Assembly: GCF_032444005.1 (NCBI RefSeq)
Contig: NC_091288.1
Span: 221,650,001 to 221,714,000 of the forward strand
DNA from: Ranitomeya imitator
Taxonomy: Eukaryota
DNA length: 64,000 nucleotides
Direction of reading: 5' to 3'
Below the pieces are notes generated by a model. That model did not search any database. It had not been told where the DNA came from and saw only the letters and a program-made list of their open reading frames with translations. Of this stretch, positions 13,003-24,864 are shown in pieces (the stretch's first letter is position 1; each line of letters begins with the position of its first letter). Both the position numbers and the translations under genes were made by a program.

Positions 13003-13701
13003 AGGTACCGTCACACTGAACGATATCGCTAGCGATCCGTGACGTTGCAGCGTCCTGGATAGCGATATCGTTGAGTTTGACAGGCAGCAGCGATCTGGAT
13101 CCTGCTGTGCCATCGATGGCTGGAGCAGAAAGTCCAGCACTTTATTTCGTTGCTGGACTCCCTGCAGACATCGCTGAATTGGCAGTGATGTCTTCACTGG
13201 TAACCGGGGTAAACATCGGGTTACTAAGCACAGGGCCGCGTTTAGTAACCCGATATTTACCCTGGTTACCAACGTAAACGTAAAAAAAAACAAACACTAC
13301 ATACTTACCTTCCGCTGTCTGTCCTCCGGCGCTCTGCTTCTCTGCACTGTGAGCGCCGACCAGCAGGAAAGCAGAGCACAGCGGTGACGTCACCGCTGTG
13401 CTTTCCGGCTGGCGCTCACAGTCAGTGCAGAGAAGCAGAGCGCTGGGGGACAGACACCGGAAGGTAAGTATGTAGTGTTCGTTTTTTTTTACGTTTACGC
13501 TGGTAACCAGGGTAAACATCGGGTTACTAAGCGCGGCCCTGCGCTTAGTAACCCAGTGTTTACCCTGGTTACCAGGGGACCGGCATCGTTGGTCGCTGGA
13601 GAGCTGTCTGTGTGACAGCTCTCCAGCGACCAAACAGCGACGCTGCAGCGATCGGGATCGTTGTCTGGATCGCTGCAGCGTCGCTAAATGTGACGGTACC
13701 T
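13003..13701. mobile_element. PIF/Harbinger-type MITE
   Basis: TIR AGGTACCGTCACA / TGTGACGGTACCT. TTA TSD at 13000-13002 and 13702-13704. Extensive internal inverted symmetry. Confidence 0.9.
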
Positions 13702-14050
13702 TTAGGAAACCATTAAATGGTTAAAAAAAAGTAGCCGGTTCACTCTAGTAATAATTTAACCTGCAGAAAAAAAAACTTGGCAAATCGCCAGGACGCTGAC
13801 TTTTTCCTGAAGAGGCTTTGCTTAGGAAAACTGGGCGGGTCCACCAGTGTGTTAAAGATGGTGAGTGCATGTAAGGGAGCCCTCTGCAGACGGTAGGCAT
13901 GGATGGCTGAGTGTCCTTACTCCATTAGAAGAATTTGCTGAGCGCATGTTGCCAAGTAGCAGACAGGACCAAACGACTTAAAGTGACCTATCAACAGGAC
14001 TGTGCTCAGTGACAACAGACAGTGTCAGGTCGGCGTCGTTATACTGATTA

Positions 14051-14234
14051 GGCCGGGATCACACATGCAAGAAACATGGCCGAGTCTCGCATGTTAATAC
14101 CCGGTACTGCCGCCGGCAGTCGGGAGCAGAGCTTGCGGCTCCATGTATTGCTATGCGGCTGCATGCTCCGCTTCCGAGTGCCGGGTATTAACATGCGAGA
14201 CTCGGCCATGTTTCTCTCATGTGTGATCCCGGCC
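14051..14234. mobile_element. PIF/Harbinger-type palindromic MITE (184 bp)
   Basis: GGCCGGGATCACACATG...CATGTGTGATCCCGGCC. TTA TSD at 14048-14050 and 14235-14237. Confidence 0.92.
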
Positions 14235-14869
14235 TTAAACTGACACCTGGTGATGGAATCCGTCTTGTGGTTGTTGTGGAATCTTTATTTTCAGTTAATG
14301 ATATGCTGATGCTTTGGGGCGGGTCTGTGGGTGGAGCTGTGGGCGAGGCTATGGGCGGGGCTTTATGTGATGCTCTTATTACACATTCATCTGTATGGGC
14401 TTATGATAGGTCACTGATCCCTCACTGACCCGCCCGCTATTTTGCATAATGCATATCATATTATGCGGTTAGAAAAAAAAGGTTTACATTCAGCCAAATG
14501 GCGCCATTGGCAGTGCCTGCTCAGTCGCATGTACCGCGTATGTATCACATTATGCATATAATATTGTAGTGTAAAAAAATAAATAACTTCATCTAAACGG
14601 CGCCGGCAGCGCAAGTGCAGTAGAATCTACTTCCTATTTTTTTGTTTTGACAGAACTTTATTGACATACTTAGGTATGGATTACATGTGGAAACGCGCTA
14701 AAAAAGCATGTGTATCTTCTTGTTGCGGATTTTCTGCATCTTTGGGGAAAAGCTGCACAGAAATCTGAGCGTACCTCCCAGAGAAATTGACATTAGAACC
14801 CATGAGCGTCCATTACCCCAGTGTCACGAATGACGATTATTACGTACCGGACGGCACAGAGAGCTTCCA

Positions 14870-15165
14870 GAATCGACGACAATACACAACGCAATCTTCT
14901 TTATCTCTCTATATTTTATTGTCTTACATACATAGTTGCCGACAGACATCAATCCTCGGACCCGCAGACACCAGAGAATGGATTTTTTTCTTGAACATAT
15001 TTAATGCAGTTGGTTTCATTCTATAAACTCTCAGACGACCCCTTCGAGTCCAGGAAGACCTCACTTGTTTCTGCAAACAATAGGATTGTGATGATGGAGC
15101 TCAGAACTCGTGTTGAAAGCAGATAAACCAGGGCTGACGTCCGGACTCACTGGACTGGTTTGTGA
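14870..15165 (+). pseudogene. Highly decayed TAS2R relic (TM1-TM3 remnants)
   Basis: QYTTQSSLSLYILLSYIHSCRQTSILGPAD aligns without gaps to QYVVGIALNLYILLIYKGNLKNGLSLGPSD of the 33386 gene. TSGLTGLVC at ~15137 resembles NSWLTALLC. Confidence 0.45.
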
Positions 15166-15324
15166 AGGCACGGTGATCTACGAAGAATGTTCTACGTTTA
15201 CTTTACCCAAGGATGGGCTGAGAGGACGACTGTGCCGAAAATAGAACTGAGGACAATGAGGTGTAATCCCGTAGGTTACGTGACATATACAAACATCTAC
15301 ACTTACAATGGAAATCGTCTACAC

Positions 15325-15510
15325 CAGTGTTTCCCAAGTCCGGTCCTCAAGAGCCACCAACAGGTCATGTTTTGAGGATTTCCTTAGTATTGCACAGGTC
15401 ATTGAATGCTTGCCTGTCCAGGTGATGCAACTATCACCCGTGCAATACTAAGGAAATCCTGAAAACATGACCTGTTGGTGGCTCTTGAGGACCGGACTTG
15501 GGGAACACTG
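15325..15510. mobile_element. hAT-type palindromic MITE
   Basis: CAGTGTTTCCC...GGGAACACTG. Perfect 8-bp TSD GTCTACAC at 15317-15324 and 15511-15518. Confidence 0.93.
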
Positions 15511-16599
15511 GTCTACACAAATATCCGAGTATTAACGTTACAATGTAGAGCAAGAAACGTTACTAAGGGCGAGATGACAACGCAGAGCTGGAAGCCACAA
15601 AGCTGAGAATTGGAAGCCACTCATGATCCAAGCTCAATGACCAAGTTGTGGAAGGTCATTACCGCCATGATAATACAGAAGAATCCCTCGGTGCTAGGGA
15701 GGAACGCCACTAAGCCACGTTTATCATATCTTCACAGCCAAAGCTAAAGAACAAAGCATTGGGGCTTCATGACGGAGGGAAAACAGTTTTGCCCATTTCC
15801 CATACGATTCCTTACAGTCCCATGTAAAATCTTGTCGCCACTTACTCTCCATTCATTTTATTTATTGGAGATGAGCAATATGTTCATAATTCACTTTTCC
15901 AGTTTCCTGATGATGCAGAATTCGGTTGTCCCATAGATGCATGCAGAGCAGGAATGGTAAAATAAAGTGGTGCAAGGATCGGGATCGAAGAGATTGTTAT
16001 CGCACTCCACCAGAGATGAGCGGTGTGGTGGAACAAATGACCATCGGGTCCCCGCTCCACCACCTGCTCTGGCAAACTGCAGGCTGATTTAGATTGGTGA
16101 GCTGCCGGACGTTTGAAGTACACAGGGCATGTCATCTTCTGCCTGCTCCAGGCTGGAGTGAGGAGCAGCGTGATGTAGAGGCAGAAACCTCATACCAGCA
16201 ATGTGTCACTTACTGGGCTGCAAGCTGTAGTTTTGATAAAATCCCTGTTTTTTCTGCTACAGATCTAGCAGTGCTATAAAGGTTGATCCCTGCATAACCC
16301 CGCCCACATCACTGATTGGCAGCTTCTTGTATACACTGTGCATAGGCAGAAAGCTACCAATTAGTAGTGGAGGTGGAGTTATCCTGAGCTCATGAATATA
16401 GAGGACTACCTGACAACTGGTTTACTAATGATAATTTCCTACTGATAAAAAAGCCTAGGAAGTGGCATATCGCTGAAATAAGGGTCTCTGCCCCTACATC
16501 ATTCTGCTCTCAGATTAGGTGCAAAGACCTGGTGACTGACTCCCTTTAAATGCTATTTATAAGTTATGGTTGTTAAAGTCCAACACCAGCCCGGTTCCT

Positions 16600-17030
16600 T
16601 TTCTCCCTGGATTGTTACCAACTATGAACCATATGGTGGCACTATTATCTCCGCTAATTTACAGGATGGATTTTGTATGTTGATAGTTTTTCAGCATTGT
16701 ATAGCGGCACTAGACTCACATTCTGAGATTTATAGTGGTTTCCGCTATTGTTCTTGACTGTCAGGTGCTTTCTTTGGTGAGAGCAGAATAAACTTCTGCC
16801 GGAGACCTCTTGTCTCCAAAAGGGCCAAAAAAATAGGGTGGTGAAATCTATCGGTAGCTTTGGCTGATGTGTTTGGGGGTCTTTAGGCTGCTGTGGGTCG
16901 CACCGGTGAACTCTCATCCAATATCATAGAGGGAAGAGGGAGAACAAGATGAGAGACATTAGTCAGAGCTCCAAGTGACATCCAATCAATTACCATCATA
17001 TATCGGCCATAACTAAGGAGGAGAACATCG
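16600..17030 (+). pseudogene. Highly decayed TAS2R relic (TM3-TM6 remnants)
   Basis: Stop-interrupted frames give HYYLR*FTGWIL (cf. YYYMRIVRFSGGFL), LGCCGSHR*TLI (cf. LGCGVPLMFTLI) and HISAITK (cf. HITAVRT) in the same order as the 17713 gene. Confidence 0.38.
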
Positions 17031-17712
17031 ATTCTAAAGAAACCAAAGTCATTAAAATTTCCCCAAATTTATAGATTTCAGTCAGTCTCAAATTTTGAGA
17101 TTTTGATTTGCTTGAATCAATATTTCTAGATTCATATGGGACGGGATGAGGTTACAAAAAACCAGTAAGATAGCACACTTACTTTGCCCCCTACCTATCC
17201 CTGCCTCCAAAGCTCCTGGACAGTCCTCCTCTGGCTCTCGAAGCCTCCAGCTCTGGTCCTGGTCTTCTTCTCAGCTCTCGAAGCCTCCAGCTCTGGTCCT
17301 GGTCTTCTTTTCACCCATCATTGGTGGTTTCGACACATATTGTAACATGCCGGATGTCAAGGCGAAGGTTGAAGAAAAGATTGGAGACAGAGCATGTGCG
17401 AGAACCAGAGGGAAGATGTAGATGTAGGGACAACTGAGAGGGAAGGTGAGGGTGATAGTTTATTATTTGACCTCGGGGTGCAATAAACCGCTTTGCGTAA
17501 ATGGAATCCAATCAAATTTAGTCAAATAAATTTGAACGTCAGCAGATTCCCTCATCTCCAGCCATGACCTAGCTGCACCAATTCTTCACCTAATTATTCG
17601 AGTATATTAGTATGATCTCATGTAATACATTTATTGTTATCCTTGTTTAACATTCTAGGGTGATTAACTACAAGTCACTTATTCCTTACTGAGTGCGATA
17701 TCTGATAATATC

Positions 17713-18636
17713 TCATGATGGGTTGGTTGCACAAGGCGTTCCACACCTCAGGAGACCTTTGCTGGCCTGTTTCAGTTTTGAATTACCAGTGATCATAACA
17801 AAAGCTTGAATTGCCGGGTACAGAATTATAAAATACCCACAGAAGTTCATTAAAATATCAACAAAGTTGAGTGATCTTTTCAAAACATAGATTGAAATGG
17901 CATGAAATCCGGTGTGAGCAGTGACCAGGAGGACCATGGTCCTGACCGCTGTGATATGAGCCTGGGTCTGAGGACGAGAAGACATGGCTTTATTTGTCTT
18001 CATCCTCTTCATGTGTCTCCACAGTGAGCTTAGGGTCAGTCCTATGGGAATCAACGTAAACATGAGGGGTACACCACACCCCAAGTATGCTGTTATCCGG
18101 TAGGGAGTCGATATTCTAAGTAAGGTATTCTCCTCACTAGAATTTAATGTTGCATTTCCAATAGTTTCTATTTTGGTGTAATTGTTCCAAAATGATGGAA
18201 GAGCAATGATGAAAGATTCAATGATGGACACAACCATGAGCTTTGGGAGAAGTTTAGATATCTTCATCTTTATCTCCAAAAGGAAACCTCCCGAGAAACG
18301 GACAATTCTCATGTAATAGTAGATGGAGAGCCAAGCCGTCAGCCATATGTTACAAGAAATTAAAAATATCAAGACGTCTAGGATTTTCAGATGAATTTGA
18401 TTGGTATTGTCAAAAAAACCTGTGGCAATGGAAATTACATCAAAACAAAGGAGATTCTCCATCACAGCATTTATCAGGGCCATAAAACTGAGAATCTGAT
18501 CCGGTAGACTTAGGCAAAAACCTCGCCCCCAGTCCATCAGGTTAATGTACACAATCCATGAGTTACCGCCGACCCCGAGGACTACCGCAGCTATACCTAC
18601 AAGCATGTTTGTTATTGAAAAGGTCAATCTGTCCAT
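17713..18636 (-). CDS. TAS2R: TAS2R-like bitter taste receptor, 307 aa, intact
   Basis: Single-exon 7-TM ORF with PDQIL, NIWLTAWLSIYY, ECL2 N-glycosylation sites (NAT, NSS), SLWRHMK, HITAVRTM and ITGNSKL motifs. Confidence 0.93.
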   Translation of the reverse strand: MDRLTFSITNMLVGIAAVVLGVGGNSWIVYINLMDWGRGFCLSLPDQILSFMALINAVMENLLCFDVISIATGFFDNTNQIHLKILDVLIFLISCNIWLTAWLSIYYYMRIVRFSGGFLLEIKMKISKLLPKLMVVSIIESFIIALPSFWNNYTKIETIGNATLNSSEENTLLRISTPYRITAYLGCGVPLMFTLIPIGLTLSSLWRHMKRMKTNKAMSSRPQTQAHITAVRTMVLLVTAHTGFHAISIYVLKRSLNFVDILMNFCGYFIILYPAIQAFVMITGNSKLKQASKGLLRCGTPCATNPS

Positions 18637-18787
18637 GATCGTCTTTTCCGCCAGCCTTCACTTACACTGGATTACAACAAGTGGGTTGCGTAGAGCAATT
18701 ATGGCTTTTATGGCTCGTGAAGCTCAATGCAAACCAGATGATTAGGTTTCACTTGTTATTTTTTTTATGTCACCACTTGGTTTCCTG

Positions 18788-18812
18788 ATTTGCATTCACT
18801 TGTGATTTGCAT
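18788..18812. promoter_or_regulatory. Two perfect POU octamers upstream of the 17713-18636 gene
   Basis: ATTTGCAT at 18788-18795 and 18805-18812, plus near-matches at 18727-18734 and 18817-18824. Confidence 0.5.
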
Positions 18813-19191
18813 TCTGATTTGCAAAGTGGCACCAAAAATAGGACATTTGAATTATTTTTTTTCTGTAGAACGTCCAGCCATTTTTTTTCCGCCTTATTAC
18901 GAATTGTTAAAACATAATTAGACAATTAAGAAAACGCATAAAAAAATCAATGTAGCAAGTTAACATATTATTTTAAGAAAAAAAGGTCCGCGACATCTGT
19001 TCTCGTGCTGACAACCAAGTCAGTATTGAGTTTGAGTAGGTCAGCCTTACACGGACAAGACCAAATGACCAGACATGAAGATTGCTCGTTAAGCATCGTT
19101 TCTGTACGACAGAGTACAATGTGATTGCTGTATGTTCCCCAGGTGGGATTGGTTTCATCTCTTACTTATCACTGCCTGAAAACAGGGATTA

Positions 19192-19728
19192 AAACACCTA
19201 AGTATATCCTACATATAAGGCCATGAAGAAAACAACAAATAAGCCACCAAAAAGAAACACCTTCACTTAAGGCCAATAAAATCCACATAATCTTTATTGA
19301 ACATTATAAAAACAATGTAAGTACAAAAGGTATATAACCACAGGCACAGGTAACAACAGGTGGGTAACCCAGGTAGTAACTTCAAAATATAGCATATAAA
19401 TACGCAACAATACTGTATCTAACAACTGTGTGACCATGTACAATCAAACACAAAAGTAAGAGTAATGTAGTAATACAAGTGTATAAGAGAAACAATAATG
19501 TAGTATAATTACCAATGGAGTACTCCTGGGGACCCACCATACCCGACGCGCGTTTCGCATAGAAATGCTTCGTCCAGGGGTGCATGGTCACACAGTTGTT
19601 AGATACAGTATTGTTGCATATTTATATGCTATATACCTTTTGTACTTAAATTGTTTTTATAATGTTCAATAATGATTATGTGGATTTTCTTGGTCTTATG
19701 TGAAGGTGTTTCTTTTTGGTGGCTTATT
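19192..19728. mobile_element. Penelope-like element remnant with inverted pseudo-LTR arms
   Basis: Inverted arms 19236-19337/19629-19730 and ~19387-19438/19582-19633. Flanked by a 15-bp direct repeat TGAAAACAGGGATTA (19177-19191, 19729-19743). Central hammerhead-like motif. Confidence 0.7.
19542..19580 (-). ncRNA. Minimal type-I hammerhead ribozyme-like motif
   Basis: Minus strand reads CCC-CUGGACGA-A-GCA(UUUCUA)UGC-GAAAC(GCGC)GUC-GGG. Stems I and II, GAAA, palindromic stem-III loop and GUC site are present. The core has an extra G relative to CUGANGA. Confidence 0.6.
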
Positions 19729-20176
19729 TGAAAACAGGGATTAGTTTAATCTATCTGTAGATAATGAGTGGCTTGTGTAGAGTAAACCCTTCCTATGGCT
19801 CTACCTGCCATGGAGACAAGGCATGATAAACCAAGCCACTTTTTTAATATCTGTCAAATGTAAAAGATGGAAAATGTAATATAGAAAGTTCTTTTAGCCT
19901 AAATGAAGAACTTGCAGCTAGTCAGATCGGTGACGAATTTATTTCGTTACTTTAGATGAGTATTTCCAACAGTTGCATATCGACAACGCCCAACATTCTC
20001 CGAGGTGCAATAAGTATTTTCCGAGTAACCAAATTATCCATGTAGGAACTTCATTCTTTATTCGTATTACCTTTATATCATCATATAACTATTACAAGCA
20101 TGCCAAAGTTAAGATCTAATAGAGTTTTTTTTAATTGTAAAGTTTATATTGTTTGATAAGGGTTCATTTTTGTTTT

Positions 20177-21094
20177 TCAACGTGTGATCGTCCTGGAGCA
20201 TAAAACTCCTCTACTGGCTTCTCTTAGCTTTGAGTTGCCGGTTATAATAACAAGAGCTTGTGCCATTGGGTAGAAAATTATAAAATACCAACAAAAGAAC
20301 ATAAAAAATTCCAAAAAGTTGAATGTTTGTGAAATTGTATAAATTGCAGCTCCAAGTAGAGTCGTGTGAAGAGACACTAGAAGCACCATGGTCCTGACCG
20401 CTCTTACATGGACCTCTGTGCGAAAATGACAAGAGTTAGCTTTATTCGAGCGCATCCTCTTCATGTGTCTCCAAAGTGAGCTCACGGTCATCCCAATAGG
20501 GATAAGAGTTAAAATGAGAGGTAAAATGCACCCCAAAAATACTATCTGCTCATATGGAGATGACACAGCTATGGAGCGTTGTTCCCTAGTATGATTGTAG
20601 GTAGAATTTCCGATAACTTCTACATTTATTACATCATAAATGTTCCAAAATGATAAAAGACACAAAATGAATGAAGCAGCAGTGGAAACCACCAGAAGCT
20701 TTGGTAAAAGTCGAGAAATCCTTGTTTTGCAAACTAAAAAGATTCCTCTTGTGAAATGAACAATTCTCATGCAATAATAGATGGAAATCCACGCGGTCAG
20801 CCATACATTGGAGGAGATAAGAAAGATGAAAAGTCCTATACAACTGAGATGAATCTGGTCGAATGAAGAGTAAGATTTCGTCTGAATCGAGGTCATGTCG
20901 AAACATAGTACAACTTGCAATGCTATGTTGATGAGACCCATAAACGTGAGAATCTGATCAGGCAGACTTGGGTGGAAACCTCTTCTCCAGCCTTTGGCAT
21001 TGACATGAACAATCCATGAGTTTAGGACGAGTCCGAACACTCCCGCAGCCATATTTGCCAATAGCTTTACTGCTAACAGAGCAGGAGGATCCAT
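20177..21094 (-). CDS. TAS2R: TAS2R-like bitter taste receptor, 305 aa, intact
   Basis: Likely ATG (MDPP) at 21094; the track start at 21172 is a TTG. Motifs PDQIL, NVWLTAWISIYYC, SLWRHMK, HVRAVRTM, ITGNSKL. Paralogue of the 17713 gene. Confidence 0.93.
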   Translation of the reverse strand: MDPPALLAVKLLANMAAGVFGLVLNSWIVHVNAKGWRRGFHPSLPDQILTFMGLINIALQVVLCFDMTSIQTKSYSSFDQIHLSCIGLFIFLISSNVWLTAWISIYYCMRIVHFTRGIFLVCKTRISRLLPKLLVVSTAASFILCLLSFWNIYDVINVEVIGNSTYNHTREQRSIAVSSPYEQIVFLGCILPLILTLIPIGMTVSSLWRHMKRMRSNKANSCHFRTEVHVRAVRTMVLLVSLHTTLLGAAIYTISQTFNFLEFFMFFCWYFIIFYPMAQALVIITGNSKLREASRGVLCSRTITR

Positions 21095-21166
21095 GATGCA
21101 GGTTCTCCAGGGATTTCCACCTGCAGTGACTTTTGTAGTGCGGGTAAAGTCATCATTTGTGTGCGG

Positions 21167-21174
21167 ATGCAAAT
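21167..21174. promoter_or_regulatory. POU octamer 73-80 bp upstream of the 21094 ATG
   Basis: ATGCAAAT exact match. Confidence 0.5.
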
Positions 21175-21427
21175 CATTTGGTTAGGTATTACTTTGGATC
21201 ATCTGCTTTGCATACAACTCTTCCATGAATGAGTGTGTCCATGATCAGTGAATCACCATCCTTAATATTTACCCTTTCATGGAGGTGTAGGTAAGTAACG
21301 ACCATCATGGGTAAAGTGTCTAGAGACCTCCAAAGTTGAGCTAATTGGCACACACAGGCCAATATTTCAGTCAGATCTTTGACATAATCTTTAAGAGGCT
21401 ATAGAGATGAGCAATTAGACTTGATAC

Positions 21428-22108
21428 TAGTGTTGAGCATTCCGATACCGCAAGTATCGGGTATCGGCCGATATTTGCGGTATCGGAATTCCGATACCGA
21501 GTTCCGAAACGTTTGTGATATCGAGAATCGGTATCGGATCCCTATTAATGTGTAAAATAAAGAATTAAAATAAAAAATATTGATATACTTACCTCTCCGG
21601 AGGCCCCTGGACATCACCGCTGGTAACCGGCAGCCTGCTTTGCTTAAAATGTGACCGCCACGCGACTAATCACAAGCCGCGACGTCATTCTCAGGCCCTA
21701 AACTCCTCATTCTAGGAATTTAGGACCTGAGAATGACATGGTCACATGAGCGGCACGCGACCAATCAGAAGCCGTGACGTCATGGAAGGCCCTAAACGCG
21801 CTCATTTTAAGCAAAGAAGGCTGCCGGTTACCAGGGGTGATGTCCAGGGACCTCCGGAGAGGTAAGTATATCAATATTTTTTATTTTAATTCTTTATTTT
21901 ACACATTAATATGGATCCCAGGGCCTGAAGGAGAGTTTCCTCTGCTTCAGACCCTGGGAACCATCAGGATACCTTCCGATACTTGGTGTCCCATTGACTT
22001 GTATTGGTATCGGGTATCGGTATCGGCGATATCCGATACTTTTCGGGTATCGGCCGATACTATCCGATACCGATACTTTCAAGTATCGGACGGTATCGCT
22101 CAACACTA
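21428..22108. mobile_element. hAT-type MITE with CCGATAC/GTATCGG subterminal repeats
   Basis: TIR TAGTGTTGAGC / GCTCAACACTA. Perfect 8-bp TSD CTTGATAC at 21420-21427 and 22109-22116. Confidence 0.93.
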
Positions 22109-23221
22109 CTTGATACTAATTGACTTTGTATTAATTTTTAAAATAATTCACTTAATCTGAAATTCTTACACTTTGCAATATTGTTCACTCGGAGCGCTGA
22201 AAATGCCCCCCCATTTTACATATTGCATAAGAGAAGAATTACATGATAACAAAAGCATCCACAAAATTCCTTGCAGCTATCATACCATAAGGCATAGCAT
22301 AGGAAATTAGGAGACACACTTATAAAAGCTAAGGCAGGGAATGCAGTGGCCATTTTGTGGTGAATCTGGATGATGAGAGAATGTCACAACTCACAGTTAA
22401 ACAATAGGGGGAGAACGGCAAGAGAAATTGTAGAGATAGTGTGTAACAGCACAACAATGGAGAGCATTACTAAGTCTGTGCTTGTGTTAAAGAGCTTGGG
22501 TTCTAAGGGAATAACATTTTTCCTTGTGGAGAGTCACAAGCCAGACCTGAAATGTAAGAGTGAGGAGACATATAAGCCATGTTTATATGAGACATGAGAC
22601 AATTTGCATATTTAAATGCTTTAAAGAGGTTGGATACAGACCTGGGGGACGTCAGACTGTTACACACATCTTTTTTTAGGCAATTGGAGTCTTTGCTGTG
22701 CTTTTGATTGAAAGTGCGTTAATTTGCCACAAAATGAACGTCTTTGAAGAAAAATTTGGTTCAGCTATCAAATTCGAATTTCAGAACATTTTCTAATTTC
22801 TAAAGGAATGGAACAAAAATAATAAAAAAACATTTACATTCATTTTAGTTTTTGTACTATAAAAGTATTCAATGTCAAACTATGGGAATGCGGAATTTTC
22901 TAGAAAATTTGATCATTTGTAGTTTAAAGTTTCAAAGATTTTTCAATTTCTGTGTCTTTCATATATGTGTCAGATTACAAGAAGATGAATTATTTGTCTT
23001 TATTTATCGAAGCTCTAAAGGCAAAGAGCAGTAAGAGGGAAAAGACCTGATTCCTGCCTGTGTGACCTGATGGAAATGTTCATCAGTCTTATGCCCTCTC
23101 GTATTATGGAGGCCTCAGATTACAAAGAAAAATGAAAGTTTTTCTCTTTCATTCACTGGTCATATAACTAATATAGTAATATTTTACTATCTACTTACAT
23201 TCTCATCACATCTCGTTAGAT

Positions 23222-24107
23222 TTAGGTCTTAACTGCTTTGTTCCCTTTTTTTAAATAAAACAAATGTCCAAGAAGAGTCTTCCTAAGCCTCTCGCTGCTT
23301 TGGATGATGATGATGGCTTCCGACATTGGGTAGGATACAATTACAAACCAGATGGTTAACACTACGGCATCGGAAACAGAGGGTGGGAGCATGAAGAAGG
23401 AAACAACCACCACAATGTAGATAACAGAGATGAGAATAAACAGGATCATGGTTCTGGTAGCGATAATTTGGGTTTTGAATTTAGAATGAACATTATTCTG
23501 CTTCATTCTCCACGCGTGATTTATAAGAGACCAGGAAGTCAACATGGTGGAGACAAGAGCTATAACCTAGGGCAAAGAGAAGCCCAGGATGGTAGATATC
23601 ATTCTGTAGGTAACATCTTGAATAAATGTCCCTCGCATAACCAATCTTTGTGTTACTAAACCAAAATATCGGAGCACATATGGCAAGAGAACCAAGTCCT
23701 GATACTAGAAGGATGTGGAGCAGGTGAGACGAGAGGCTCCTCTTCAGCCAAGCTAAGACTCGGTGACCCCTCGTGGTGGTATTGGTGTAGTAGTAGACAC
23801 AGAGCAAAGCCGTCAGCCAAAAATTATAAATGATGAAGAACATTAAAATCATTATAACACTGAGAAAAACTTCATTTTTAGAAAGCATATATGGCCAAAA
23901 CATAAATATGACATTTTCCGCGCACATTGAAAGATTCAGGGAGATGTTGAGCAGAGCCTTGGTGAGGAGGACTTCATCAGGTGGGCTCAGGGTGAAGCCA
24001 TTTCTAAGGTTTCCAATATACACGAGCAAGATGTAGAAGTTCATGGCTATTCCAGATAAATATTCAATAATTGCAGCTGTGAGAACGATCACTTCTGCTG
24101 AAGCCAC
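23222..24107 (-). pseudogene. TAS2R: TAS2R pseudogene, subfamily A (copy A1)
   Basis: Start is GTG where paralogues have ATG. ~26-nt net loss in ECL2 causes a frameshift. In-frame TAG at 23567-23569. C-terminus in ORF 23222-23545. Confidence 0.9.
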
Positions 24108-24163
24108 AGTGCCAAGAGTTGTGTGTCTTACGAATGTGAGAAGTCAATTATTAGGATGGAAAG

Positions 24164-24171
24164 ATGCAAAT
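24164..24171. promoter_or_regulatory. POU octamer upstream of copy A1
   Basis: ATGCAAAT 57-64 bp from the start, same position as in A2 and A4. Confidence 0.5.
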
Positions 24172-24864
24172 GTCCACCGAGCTTCAGCTACCTATTTACG
24201 TAACTCCATTATGCAAAGACGCTCTCCATGACTGTACAGCTATACCTTATTCTATACTCACGCATGACTCAATATCATATTTTGTAGAACTCCTCCAAAA
24301 TTAAGACATTAATTAAATTTACAAATAATGATCATCAGGAATCTATGATGGTGTGGGTGGATCAGGTTTGGAAGATGCAGCTTCCACACAATCCTTGGGC
24401 TTTGGGCTCCAGGCAACAAGGTGCATATGCTCAGAATAAATGCCATCTAACTGTTCAAAATCCTGAAGATTATCGCAAGGCTTTGTCCATTATCAGCATC
24501 ATGAACTGTCGGCAGATGCACTTATGTTTAAATTAGGAACATATTTGCCTTATGAATTATGCAACAGTCGATAGGTTTGTTTCCTCTTTTATTTGTGCTA
24601 CAGGTGAGGATCCATTTTGGGATTGGTGCACATCGCAAACCTTACCCTGAAAAATATCCAACCTTTACTTTTAAAGGGACCCATTAGATTAATGAGACCA
24701 CCTTGACGATGGTTGATGGGCTCACACTATTTGGCCAAATCCTGTGCTAGGCATCTCTCAAATATTTTTCCTAATGTTCAAAAGCCATTTTGCTATTCAT
24801 ATTTCATGTATTTCATATTAGACAATGCTTTGGCACGATAGAGTGCAACCTTTTCTTGTATATC

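Noticed and set aside
15520-15830. Possible minus-strand TAS2R relic (YGKWAK, MLCSLAL, WIMSGFQFSALWL)
   Set aside because: Needs several frame changes and matches are too short to separate from chance in hydrophobic sequence.
17234-17309. Two-copy 40-bp tandem duplication
   Set aside because: Simple local slippage with no further structure.
21095-21172. N-terminal extension of the 331-aa ORF; likewise 34298-34324
   Set aside because: Track starts are non-ATG codons. Paralogue comparison places the starts at 21094 and 34297.
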